Source: Felis catus (taxonomy: Eukaryota). Taken from it: 64,000 bases of DNA. A program made the translations under genes and the position numbers. Numbering within the stretch: the first letter of the stretch is position 1; the number at the start of each line of letters is the position of its first letter. The stretch spans positions 199,766,001-199,830,000 of the forward strand of contig NC_058368.1 of NCBI RefSeq assembly GCF_018350175.1. Reading direction: 5' to 3'. The notes beneath the pieces were generated by a model. That model worked only from the letters and a program-made list of their open reading frames with translations. It searched no databases and was not told the DNA's origin. Positions 11,856 to 23,572 of the stretch are shown one piece after another.

Positions 11856-12081
11856 TTTTTTTTTTTAATTTTTTTTTAACGTTTTTATTTATTTTTGAGA
11901 CAGAGAGAGACACAGCATGAATGGGGGAGGGGCAGAGAGAGAGGGAGACACAGAATCGAAAGCAGGCTCCAGGCTCCGAGCCATCAGCCCTGAGCCCGAC
12001 GTGGGGCTCGAACTCACGGACAGTGAGATCGTGACCTGAGCTGAAGTCAGACGCCTAACCTACTGAGCCACCCAGGCGCCC
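11856..12081 (-). mobile_element. SINEC (felid type)
   Basis: Perfect TSD CAGAATGTTATCTT (11842-11855 / 12082-12095). Confidence 0.95.
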
Positions 12082-12289
12082 CAGAATGTTATCTTCTTGA
12101 GACAGTGAAGGGAAGATCTAGTCAAACCTTCCATGTCTAATTAACTATGCTCAGGCACCTCAAAGGAGTGGCAACTGAAATGTCTGCAAGACCCTTATTT
12201 CTTTTGGCCTAGAAATCCAAAGTATAGGTGACATTCAGGACTAAAACTCTACAACCTATCTCCACACAGATTATTTCAGGCCAACTCAC

Positions 12290-12429
12290 CCACTTGACTG
12301 TTTTGCTTAGTAGGTCTAAACTTTGCACTGAAACAGAGTTTGAGTTTTATGTCAGCATTCTTGTTGACCAAAGTAATTTTTTCTGGCGTGAAGGAAGCAT
12401 CCACAGATACATCAGCGATACTCTGTGAC
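12290..12429 (-). CDS. ITGA2: ITGA2 exon 16 (140 nt): SQSIADVSVDASFTPEKITLVNKNADIKLKLCFSAKFRPTKQNSQV
   Basis: cag|G acceptor, G|GTGAGT donor; inside ORF 12276..12473. Confidence 0.97.
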
Positions 12430-13607
12430 CTGAAAGACATAAACGGAAACAGATATTTTCCTGCCAAGTGCACACGTGATAACCTTTACCTAGAGGACCC
12501 AGGGCCAGCATTATGTAATCATTCTCTGCATGATCTAAGCACTTTAGTGGTATTTCATATTTGAAAGCCCTAAAATAGCATCTAGGGATAATGTCTTTTG
12601 TGTTTTGTGACTGTATTGCCAGCCCAATCCACATTTAGTATTTGTTTAATGCATGCATGAGTGCAGGACATGAGTCTGCAACCTCTTTGCAAATAAATTT
12701 CCAAAGTCACGGTCCCTGTTGTGTTTTGCCAGCTGGAAGCAGTGATGTTTCCTCTTCCCACAAATGGAGGGGACAGAGCGGGTGGCAAGGTGGGGGTGGC
12801 AGGGCTGAGGAGGGTCTCCCTGTCGCCTCCCTTAATAGTTGCCACCGATTCTTGGATGTGTGGCTTATGACCATGATGGTGGCAACTAGCGTGACACCAG
12901 AAAGTGGCGGAGGCATCTCTCGGGCAGGGTGCTACACATTTCTGACTCTGGCACAGCCCTTTAGATATCTGAAGGGCTTTGCCATACACATGGCCTCATT
13001 TGCTCCTGTAACAGTCCTGTGAAACAGAACAAATATTGTCTCCCTTTTATTGGTGAAAAAGTCTGAAACAAAAGAGAAAACATTTGGTAACTTCTCACTT
13101 TACTGAGTAACAGTTAGCAAGTAAGAAATTAGAACCCATGGTCTCCTAGTTCCTCTGCCAGTAAAATTGTCAACTTCATCATAATGACTCTTTGTGTACA
13201 CGCTCCAGTATTTACAAAGCAGCAAGCAGTAATGAGTAACTTCATTGTTTTGAAAAATACAAGAAGATGCAGAAATCATTTTTTTTTTTTAATTTCAGGA
13301 ACCACCTGAAGGACTTGAGTCAATTGAAAAACTGACTTAATTAAAACTCATTAATCAGGTACCTATAAGGCCCCCTAGTAAGCAGTCATAAAATATCCAA
13401 TAGCAAATGCAATGTGTCCTCAGACCTACAAGATCTAAAATGTCTATGTGAATGTTTTCTGTAAGTCAATCTCTTTCTTTAAGTAAATCTTTTATCCCAG
13501 TGTAGATGGTGCCACTGATTTAAAAACAAGTTTACAAAATCATTTCAAATTATTCTCAGGAAGTTACCCAGAAAATCCAGTCTCAGTACCTTGTAAGAAT
13601 GTGACCA

Positions 13608-13811
13608 GAGAGGTGCCTGGGTGGCCCATTTAATTAAGCGTCTAACTCTTAGTTTTGGCTCAGGTCATAATCTGATCGTTTGTGGGTTTGAGCCCCATAT
13701 CAGGTTCCACTGATAGCATGGGGCCTGCTTGGGATTCATTCTCTCTCTCTCTCTTTCAAAATAAATAAACTTAAAACAAAGTATTTAAAAATTAAAAAAA
13801 AAAAAAAAAAC
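13608..13811 (+). mobile_element. Older SINEC
   Basis: Diverged SINEC body; TSD AAGAATGTGACCA. Confidence 0.9.
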
Positions 13812-13963
13812 AAGAATGTGACCACAAAATGGCATGAACCTAGCTTGACTAATCATTTCAATAAACTGATCTGACGCCATGTATCTTGACTTGTTTGAAG
13901 AATCAAGTCCACCTTCAAAGAAAAAACTTTGGTCCTCACTGACTATATTAAAAGGGAGTGTCA

Positions 13964-14082
13964 GGGTATCTGGCTGGCTCACTGGTGGAGCGTACAACTC
14001 TTCATCTCAGGGTTGTGGGTTCGAATCTCACTTTGAGTGTAGAGATTACTTAAACAATGTAATCTTTAAAAAAAAAAAAAAA
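13964..14082 (+). mobile_element. Short old SINEC (tRNA-derived head plus A tail)
   Basis: tRNA-like head; TSD approx AAAGGAGTGTCA. Confidence 0.8.
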
Positions 14083-15117
14083 AGGAGTGTCATAGGATAG
14101 GAATAATCCAGCCTACCAAGGATGAAGCCCACCAAGATGGCTCAAGGGTGATGTTCACTGAAACATGATTTCTTATAAAATTAAAAAAAAAATAAGTCAT
14201 GTGACTGTGTTATCATACCTTGTGTTTCTCTAGTAGCACACTACTCTTAACTGATTTTATTCAGTAAATATATTTTAAAATTTTTCAGTCTTAGATATCA
14301 TCCAGGAGTTTTTTCCCCGCATTAAGTTTTCATTAGGATGATGCACTCAAAATAATGCATTTTGTCTTTTAAAAGCACAAGTGAAATATTGTAAATAGTT
14401 CAATAAAACTCTGAAACAACACATAGATATGTGATGTTTTTCTGTTCTTGAAGTATTTGGACTTTTAAAGCACATTTTTCAACAGAGACAAACGAATGAA
14501 TGAAATATATTTTTGAGGACTCTTGATCAAATTCTTAATTTCCTTCTGATTCCAATCCCTGGCCAACCCCATATATTTATTTTTGTCCTTGAATCACATA
14601 GCCCTGGAATCCCTTATTGTTCCTCCCTGCTCTTCAACTCCTACCGAGGTCAATGGGAGGTCAGCTAAACCTAAATAATGGCTTCTTGTTTATGACTAAT
14701 AATTTCAAAAGTTACTTCATAACCACATGAGAAATTACACTTTACTTGTGTGGTCTGAATGTTCGGTATTTTTTAGGGCATTCTCATGAGGTTTCCTTTC
14801 TGTGAGCTGAGGTAAGGCTATTTGAAAGATAATATTCAGTAATATCTTGGATACCATTTCAAAGCCTTTGTCTTTTCTATGTACTTTTTCTGCTCACCAT
14901 ATAGAGAAGAGGCACTTGATGGCAACATTAAGCAAATTTTTTTCCTCCCACGAGGAAAAACACATTTCTTCCTTTATATAAACTATGATCCATAAACATC
15001 CTAGAGTCTTTTATAATGCATGTGGTATTTCCACAATTCCTGCACAGCTACCTGCTGCTCTACTTAGCAGGTCATTTTTCAGTTAGCTAGTTTGTGTCTG
15101 GCTCTCCATGGACTCAC

Positions 15118-15254
15118 CAGAGCTGAACCACTTGTCCAAAGGCACCAATGGACACATCAGTGATGGAATCCCCATTTAAATCACTGTAGCCATCCAAAGA
15201 TCTCCCAAAGTACTGGAGATGGCTCCTAAAGGCTCCATCAGATCCCAAGATTTT
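15118..15254 (-). CDS. ITGA2: ITGA2 exon 15 (137 nt): KILGSDGAFRSHLQYFGRSLDGYSDLNGDSITDVSIGAFGQVVQL(W)
   Basis: cag|AAA acceptor, TG|GTGAGT donor. Confidence 0.97.
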
Positions 15255-15917
15255 CTGAAAGAGCAAGTTTGACATGAACTTATAATGCACAACAACTGAA
15301 GTAGAAAAAAGGAGCTTTTATACAGCACTGTTAGATTCTCTACATAGCCACTTCTCAGGTTGTTTTATTCTCCACAAAATTCCATTGGTTTTTCAATCAC
15401 AGCCTTTCTCATTGGTTGATCATTCTCGCAGCCACGTCAAAGAACCAGCATGAATCTTTTAATATAAAAATCACAAAGCAAAAGGAGATGAGTGGATGGA
15501 GTGGGATTTGAAGGTTGTGATTGCTCTCTTAGCCCACTTCCTTCAGGACTTTACTGGAAAGTTGCCTGATCAATGAGGTCCTCTTGGTCGCCCTTTAGAA
15601 TATCTGATAACTCCCATACCTAAACTTTAGAAATTTTTTTTTACACTCCCTATAATTTATGATGATCTGAACCACTTTATCTCATTTATTTTCCCTCAGT
15701 CTTGACAAAAACATAAGATCCACGAAGAGCAGAATTTTATCTGTCCTGTTCTTTATAGTATCTCCAGAACCTAGAACAGGTTCACTAAATAGTTGTTTGA
15801 TGAATGAATAAAGTTCTAAAATAAGTGTTATAAATTGGATTGTCTGCATGGTTAGTCCCTAGCTCTCACAGGATGATACTCACATGTCAATACATCACCA
15901 TGGAACTCACGGATTAC

Positions 15918-16121
15918 CTGGGAATACTTCATGCGAATGGTGCCCTCATGACCATTGTAGATGTACACAGCTCCAGAGTTCTGATTTTCCAAAGGTGAAC
16001 CAACTATTACATCATTAAAACCATCCATGTTGATATCTGAAAGAGCTGCAATGGCTGAACCAAACCGAGCATTTTCAACACCCTTAGGGCCTTCAAGGAA
16101 CTGGTGCCAATTCAAAATGCC
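15918..16121 (-). CDS. ITGA2: ITGA2 exon 14 (204 nt): GILNWHQFLEGPKGVENARFGSAIAALSDINMDGFNDVIVGSPLENQNSGAVYIYNGHEGTIRMKYSQ
   Basis: caag|GGC acceptor, CAG|GTAATC donor; DINMDGFND Ca-binding loop. Confidence 0.97.
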
Positions 16122-16458
16122 CTTGGAAAGGGGAAAAGGGGATGATTAAAGCAAAACCTTATAATTTTTATCATTACAATTCACAGCAAGTGATGCCCAA
16201 ACCAATTTTTAAACTGTTAAAAGTAGACAATTTTGAATCTAGATTTCAAAATCCTCTACTTATGATGAGAATCATACCTAAGAATTCCAGCAAGTAAATT
16301 CATAGGATATGTGCTCATAGACCAAAGTGAAAGGAGGGAATTCTCTTTACGGTGACTGTACAACCTACATAAAACTATCCATACCTTTGGCTCCTTTTCC
16401 CCTAAACATTAGACTCTTCACCTGTTTCCAAACCTTTTGATTTAAAATTTGCTGATGA

Positions 16459-16676
16459 GGGGCGCCTGGGTGGCACAGTCGGTTAAACGTCCGACTTCAG
16501 CCAGGTCACGATCTCGCGGTCCGTGAGTTCGAGCCCCGCGTCAGGCTCTGGGCTGATGGCTCAGAGCCTGGAGCCTGTTTCCGATTCTGTGTCTCCCTCT
16601 CTCTCTGCCCCTCCCCCGTTCATGCTCTGTCTCTCTCTGTCCCAAAAATAAATAAACGTTGAAAAAAAATTAAAAA
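16459..16676 (+). mobile_element. Young SINEC_Fc-type SINE
   Basis: GGGGCGCCTGGGTGGC head, (CT)n, A tail; perfect TSD AAAATTTGCTGATGA. Confidence 0.95.
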
Positions 16677-17110
16677 AAAATTTGCTGATGAAAATATACT
16701 AGTATCTTAAATAAAATTAAGGTGGAGACACAAAAAATCACAGTATCTTAATTTAGACCTTTACTTAAGAATTACTGAAGAGTGGCATAACTATAATGGG
16801 ATAGGAAGTCAAAAATGAGACAGTTAGGTTCTGGTCCAAGGTGGCAACCCTGAACTCACTTCCTCCATGGAACATACCAAATTACACCTATTAAAAGGAT
16901 AATTCCTCCTGAAAAAGAACTGAGGGCTGACTGAACAGTTACTGAACAACCAAAGATAGAAAAAATGGCAAGAGAACAACAAGAGAGATGGGAGCACAGT
17001 AACAAAGGCAAACTGATGCAGTGGGAATGCATAGTACTGAGCGACCAGGAACAGATTCCTCTATTCTTGGCACAGAAAATAAGCCACAGTTCATAAGAGC
17101 AATTAGCATA

Positions 17111-17124
17111 GAAGATGTGGTATG

Positions 17125-17165
<41 letters not shown>

Positions 17166-17650
17166 ATACACATGTATATGTACATGTACCTGTATATGTA
17201 TAATACGTATACATGTATATGTATATGTATAATGGAATACTACTCTGATCAAAAAGAATGAAATCTTGCCATTTGCAACACCATCGATGGAACTAGAATG
17301 TATTATCCTAAGCAAAGTAAGTCAGGCAGAAAGACAAATACCATATGATTCCACTCATTTGCAGAATTTAACAAACAAAACAGATTAACATAGGGGAAGG
17401 GAAGGAAAAACAAGGTAAGAATAGAGAGGGAGGCAAACCGTAAGATACTCTTAACTACAGAGGACAAGCTGAAGGTTGCTGGAGGGGAGGTGGGTGGGGG
17501 ATGTCTAAATGGGTGATGGGTAGTAAGGAGGGCACTTGTTGGGATGAGCACTGGGTGTTATATGTAAGAGATGAATCACTAAATTCTACTCCTCAAACAT
17601 TATATTATATGTTAACTAACTTGGATTTAAATAAAATTAAAAAGAAAAAT
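17111..17650 (+). mobile_element. 5'-truncated L1 3' end nested in the 5'UTR of the large L1
   Basis: L1 3' sequence with A-rich tail; TSD AAGAGCAATTAGCATA (17095-17110) / AAAAGCAATCAGCATA (17651-17666); (TG)n at 17127-17163. Confidence 0.9.
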
Positions 17651-17835
17651 AAAAGCAATCAGCATATAAAATAGACAACACTAGAACTCTGCCACATGGT
17701 GGAGGCAGTTTTAAAAGGGCCAAGGAGTGGTAGCGACACTCTCTTCCCTTCTATCTTAGAAGCACAGACTGGAGCAGGGTCCAAACACCCTAATTAGTGG
17801 GTTCAGATGCCATAACAGGCAGCTCTCAATACTAT

Positions 17836-18057
17836 TAAAAAATTTTTTTTTAATGTTTATTTTTGACAGCGAGACTAAGAGTGCATGTGCCCGAGTTGGG
17901 GAGGGGTAGAGAAAGAGAAGGGGCACAGAATCCGGAGTAGGCTCCAGGCTCTGAGCTGTCAGCACAGAGCCCAACATGGGGCTCATACTTGGGAATGCTG
18001 AAATCGTGACCTAGACCGAAGTCAGACACATAACCAACTGAGCCACCCAGGTGCCCC
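17836..18057 (-). mobile_element. SINEC nested in L1 5'UTR
   Basis: Reverse SINEC body; TSD TCTCAATACTAT / TCTCAACACTAT. Confidence 0.92.
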
Positions 18058-18579
18058 ATGGTCTCAACACTATAAATGGCAGGTCTGGTCATCACAGGGA
18101 GCTTGCCACCTCAGCAAGCCCAGGGTCTGCAAGCCCACACCAGCTTCTGCGGTACCAGGACACAGAAAATAAGCTGTGGAATTTTAGGGCTCCCTTTGTT
18201 TTTGTTTTAAATTTAATGAAAAAAAAAACAAGTTTTTATTTTTAGTTTTTTAAAGTTTAAAAGAGTAACTAGCATATACCGTCCAGCTCCAGCCAGCCAG
18301 CAAAAGTCACCAAGCACACACAGTCTGCACAAGCGGACACCATACACAAGTACCATTCACCATCCTTCAAGTTCAGGAGCAATAGCCATTCTCCCTAATC
18401 CTCAGAAACAAAGTCAAGCAAAATGCAGAGACAGAGGAATACATTCCAAAAGAAAGAAGGAAAAACCGTAGAGAAAGAACTAAATGAAACAGATAAGCGA
18501 CATGGTGGATAAAGAATTTAATGATTGTGAAGATACTGGGCTGGAAAAAAACGTGGAAGATCTCAGTGCGACTTTCAAT

Positions 18580-18779
18580 TTTTTTTTTTTGGGGGGGACA
18601 GAGAGAGACAGAGCATGAACGGGGGAGGGGCAGAGAGAGAGGGAGACACAGAATCGGAAACAGGCTCCAGGCTCTGAGCCATCAGCCCAGAGCCTGACGC
18701 GGGGCTTGAACTCACGGACCGCGAGATCGTGACCTGGCTGAAGTCAGACGCTTAACCGACTGCGCCACCCAGGCGCCCC
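18580..18779 (-). mobile_element. Young SINEC_Fc-type SINE nested in L1 ORF1
   Basis: Near-consensus, CpG-rich; perfect TSD TCAGTGCGACTTTCAAT (18563-18579 / 18780-18796). Confidence 0.95.
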
Positions 18780-19883
18780 TCAGTGCGACTTTCAATGAAG
18801 ACATGGAAAATATTAAAAAGAGCTAGAGTTGAAGAATATAATAACTGAAATAAAAACACACTAGAGGGAATCGACTGTTTATTAGAAGATGCAGAATATA
18901 CCAGCAACCTGGATGACAGGGTAATGGAGAGTATACAAGTTGAACAGCAAAAAGAAAAAGGAATTTTTAAAATCATGATAGATTAAGAGAGCTTGTGGAC
19001 AACATCAAGCAAACATTCATATTATAGGGGGTCGGAGGGGGAGGGGGAGGGGGAGGAGAAGGAGGAGAAGGAGGAGAAGGAGGAGAAGGAGGAGGAGAAG
19101 AGAGAAGTGTATAGAAAACTTATTTGAAGAAATAAAAACTGAAAACTTCCTTAACCTAGGGAAGGAAATAGACATCAAAGTCCACAACAAGTTCCAAACA
19201 AGATGAACCCAAGGAGGTCCACACCATGGCATATAATAATTGAAATGTCAAAAAGTTACAGATAAAGAGACAATGTTAAAAGCAGCAAGAGAGAAACAAG
19301 AAGTTACTTAGAAGGGAAAAATCTATAAGACTCTCAGCTTATTTTTTCAGCAGAAACTTTGCAGGCCAGAAGGGAGTGGTATGATATATTCAAAGTGCTG
19401 AAAGGAAAAAACCTGCCACCAAGAATAATCTACTAGGCAGGATTATCATTCAGATTTGAAGGACAAAGAGTTTCCCAGACAAATGAAAGATAATGGGAGT
19501 TCATCACCAGTATACCAGCCTTACAAGAAATATTAGAGGTACTTCTTTAAGTGGAAAAGAAATGGCCATAATTAGGCCTAAGAAAATAGTGAATAAAAAG
19601 ATGTACAATATGACAACATATACATAGAATGTGGAGAAGGGAGTAAAAAGGGAAGAGAAGGGGAAATAGAAAAAGGTTTTGCCATCCCCCTTTAGAATGT
19701 GTATGAACTTAAATGACCATCAAATTAATGCAGACTGCTATCTACTTATGATGTTATGGTAACCACAAACCCAAAACTTATCATACATACAGAAAAAGAA
19801 AGCTAACACTATAGAAACTCACCAATCACAAAGAGAATGCGAAGAAAAAAGGAGAACAATAAAACAACCAGAAAAATTTAAAA

Positions 19884-22800
19884 ATGACAAAAAGTACATA
19901 CCTGTCAATAATCACTTTAAATGTAAATGACCTAAATACTCCAGCCAAAAGACATAGGGTGACAGAGTGAATAAACAAAACAAAAGCAAACAAACAAGAC
20001 TCATCTATATGCTGCCTATAAGAGATTCACCTCAGACCTAAAGACACATTCAGACTGAAAATGAAAGGATAGAAAAAATATTCACCATGCAAGTGGAAGT
20101 GAAAAAAAAAAAGCCAGGTAGCAATACAATAGGCTTCAAAAAAAAAAGACCATAATAAGAGACAAGGCATTCCATAATAATTAAAGGATCAATCCAACAA
20201 GAGGATACAACGATTGTAAATATCTACACACCCAAAACTGGAGCACCCAAATATATAAAGCAAATATAAATGGACATAAAGAGAGAAATGGATGGTAATA
20301 CAATAATAGTAGGGGACTTTAATATCCCACTTACATCAATGGATAGATCATCCAGACAGAAAAAACAATAAGGACAGTGTCTTTGAATGTCACATTGGAC
20401 TAAATGCACATAACAGATATATACAGAACATTCCAACCCCAAATGATAGAATACACATTATTTTCAAGTGCACACAGAAGATTCTGTAGAATAAATCACG
20501 TTAGGCCATAAAACAAGCCTCAATAAATTTAAGAAGATTGAAATCATACCATGCATCTTTTCTGATCACAATAGTATGAAACTAAAATAAATCACAAGAA
20601 AAAAAAACTGGAAAAAAAACACATGGACACTACACAACATGATACCAAAAAACCAATGGGTCAATAAAGCAAAGAAAAAAAAAAACATGGAGATGACTGA
20701 AAATAAAAACACGATGGTCCAAATTCTTTGGGATGCAGCAAAAGCAGCTCCAAGAGGGGTGTATACAGTGATATAGACCTGTGTCAAGAAATCAGAAAAA
20801 GCTCAAACAAACAATATAACCTTACACTAAAGGAACTAGAGAAAGAAGAACAAACAAAAACAAAAGGTGAGTAGAAGAAAAGAAATAAAAATCAGAGAAG
20901 AAATAAATGGCATAGGCAAAAAATAAATAAATAAACTGAGTTGGTTCTTTAAAATGGTAACCAAAATTGACAAACCTTTAGCCAGATTCATCAAGAAAAA
21001 AAAAGGACCCAAATAAGAAATGAGAGAAAGTAACAACTGACACCACAAAAATATAAAGGATTATAAAAAATTATAGACCTACAAACTAGGCAACCTAGAG
21101 GAAATTGGTAAATTCCTAGAAACATACAATATTTCAAAACTGAACCAGGGAGAAAAAGAAAATATGAACAGACCCATTATAAGTAACAAAACTGAACTGG
21201 TCAAAAAAATGCCAAAAAATAAAAAAATCCAGGACCAGATGGATGCACAGGGTAATTCTACCAGCCACTTAACGAAGAGTTAATACCTATTCTCCTCAAA
21301 CTATTCCAAACAATGGAAAAGGAAGGAAAGCTTCCAAATAAATTCTACAAGGCCAGTATTACCCTGATACCAAAACCAGACAAAGACCCCACAAAAATAA
21401 AACTATAGGCTAATATTCCTGATGAACATAGATGCAAAAGTCCTCAGAAAAATATTAGTGAATTAGCAACAATACATTAAAAAGACCATTCACCACAATC
21501 AGGTATGATTTATTACAGGAATGCAAGGATGATTCAATATTTACAAATCAATCAATGTCATAAACAACACCAATAAAATGAAGAATAAAAATCATGGTCA
21601 TCTCAAAAGATGCAGAAAAAGCATGTGACAAGATTCAACATCAATTCAAGATAAAAACTCTCAAAGTGGAGTTAGAGGGAAGACACTTCAACATCATAAA
21701 GGCCATATATGAAAAACCCACAATAATATCATACTCAATGGTGAAAAACAGAGTTTTCCCCTCTAAGGTCAGGAACAGGATAAGGATGTTCACTCTCATC
21801 ATTTTTATTCAATATAATACTAGAAGTCCTAGCCACATCAATCAGACCAAAAAAGAAATAAGAGGCATCTATGGGGGTAAAGAAGAAATTAAATTGTCAC
21901 TATATGCAGACAACATGATACTATATAGAGAAAATCCTAAAGACTACACCAAAAAACTACTGGGAGCAATAAATTCAGTAAAGTGGCGGGATGAAAAATT
22001 AATACCCAGAAATCAGTAGCATTTCTATATACTAACAATGAAGCTGCAGAAAGACATTAAAATGTCATTTACAACTGCACCAGAAATAAAATATCTAGGA
22101 ATTAACTTAACCAAAGAAGTGAAAGACATATACTCCAATCAGTATAAAGCACTGATGAAAGAAACTAAACACAACACGAACCAATGGAAACACATTCCAT
22201 CATGCTCATATTAATATTGTTAAAATGTCCATACCACTCAAAGCAATCTACGCACTGAATGCAATCCCTATCAAAATACCAACAGCATTTCTCACAAACT
22301 AGAACAAATAATACTAAAATGTGTATAGAACTACAGAAGACCCTGAATAGCCAAAGCAATCTTAAGAATGAAGCTGGAGACTTCACAATTCCAGGTTTCA
22401 AGATATACTACAAAACCATAGCAATAAAAACAGTATGGTACTGGCACAGAAATAGACACACAGATCAATGGAACAGGTTAGAGACTCCAGAAATAAACCC
22501 ACAATTATATGGTCAATTAATCTATGAAAAAGGAGGCAAGAAGAGACTGTGGGGGAAAGACAGCAGTACTAGGAAAAGTGGACAGCTACATGTTAAAGAA
22601 TGAAACTGGACAATTTTCTTACACTGTACACAAAAATAAACTCAAAATGGATTAAATACCTAAATGTGAGACCTGAAACCATAAAAATCATGGAGGACGA
22701 TACAGGCAGTAATTTCTCTGATGTCAGCAATAGCAACATTTTTCTAGATACGTCTCCTGAGGCAAGGAAAACAAATGCAAAAATAAACTATTGAGACTAC

Positions 22801-23572
22801 ACCAAAAATAAAAAGGCTTCTGCACAGCAAAGGAAATCATTGACAAAACAAAAAAACAACCTACCGAATGGGAGAAGATATCTACAAATGAAAGATCCAA
22901 TAAAGGATTAATAGTCAAAATATATAAAGAACTTCTACAACACCAAAAAAACCCAAACAATCCAATTTAAAAATGGACAGAGAACCTGAATAAACATTTT
23001 CCCAAAGAAAACATAGATGGCTGACTCATGACAAGATGCTCAACCTCACTCATCATCAGGGAAATGCAAATAAAAACCACAATGAGATATCAACTGACAT
23101 CAGTTAGAATGGCTAAAATAAAAATGACAAGAAATAACAAGCGTTTGCAAGGATGTGGAGAAAAAGGAGCGCTCTTGCGCACTGGTTGGTAGTATGGTAA
23201 ATTGGTGTAGCCACTGTGGAAAACAATGTGCAGTTTCCTCGAAAAATTAAAAATAGAAATACCATATGGTTCAATAATTCCACTATTGGATATTTGCCCA
23301 AAGAAAGCAAAGACTTACTTGAAAAGATATATGCACTCCTATATTTATTGCAGCATTATTTACAACAGCCAAGATATGGGAACAACTTAAGTATCCATCA
23401 ATAGACAAATGAATAAAGAAAATGTGCCCACATATGTGTATTACACAACCATAAAAAAGGAGGAGATTGTGCCATTTGAGATAACATGAATGGAACTGGA
23501 AGGTATTATGCTAAGTGAAATAAGTCAGAGAAAGACAAATACCATATGATTCCACTCATAAGTGGAATCTAA
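19884..23572 (+). pseudogene. Disrupted L1 ORF2 (endonuclease / reverse transcriptase)
   Basis: Starts MT..YLSIITLNVN; RT motif LSLYADNMILY in ORF 21594..22019; [17 protein letters not shown] in ORF 22259..22603; many stops and frameshifts. Confidence 0.93.

Noticed and set aside
21594..22794. Active L1 reverse transcriptase
   Set aside because: Catalytic motif reads YADN and ORF2 is broken by many stops and frameshifts
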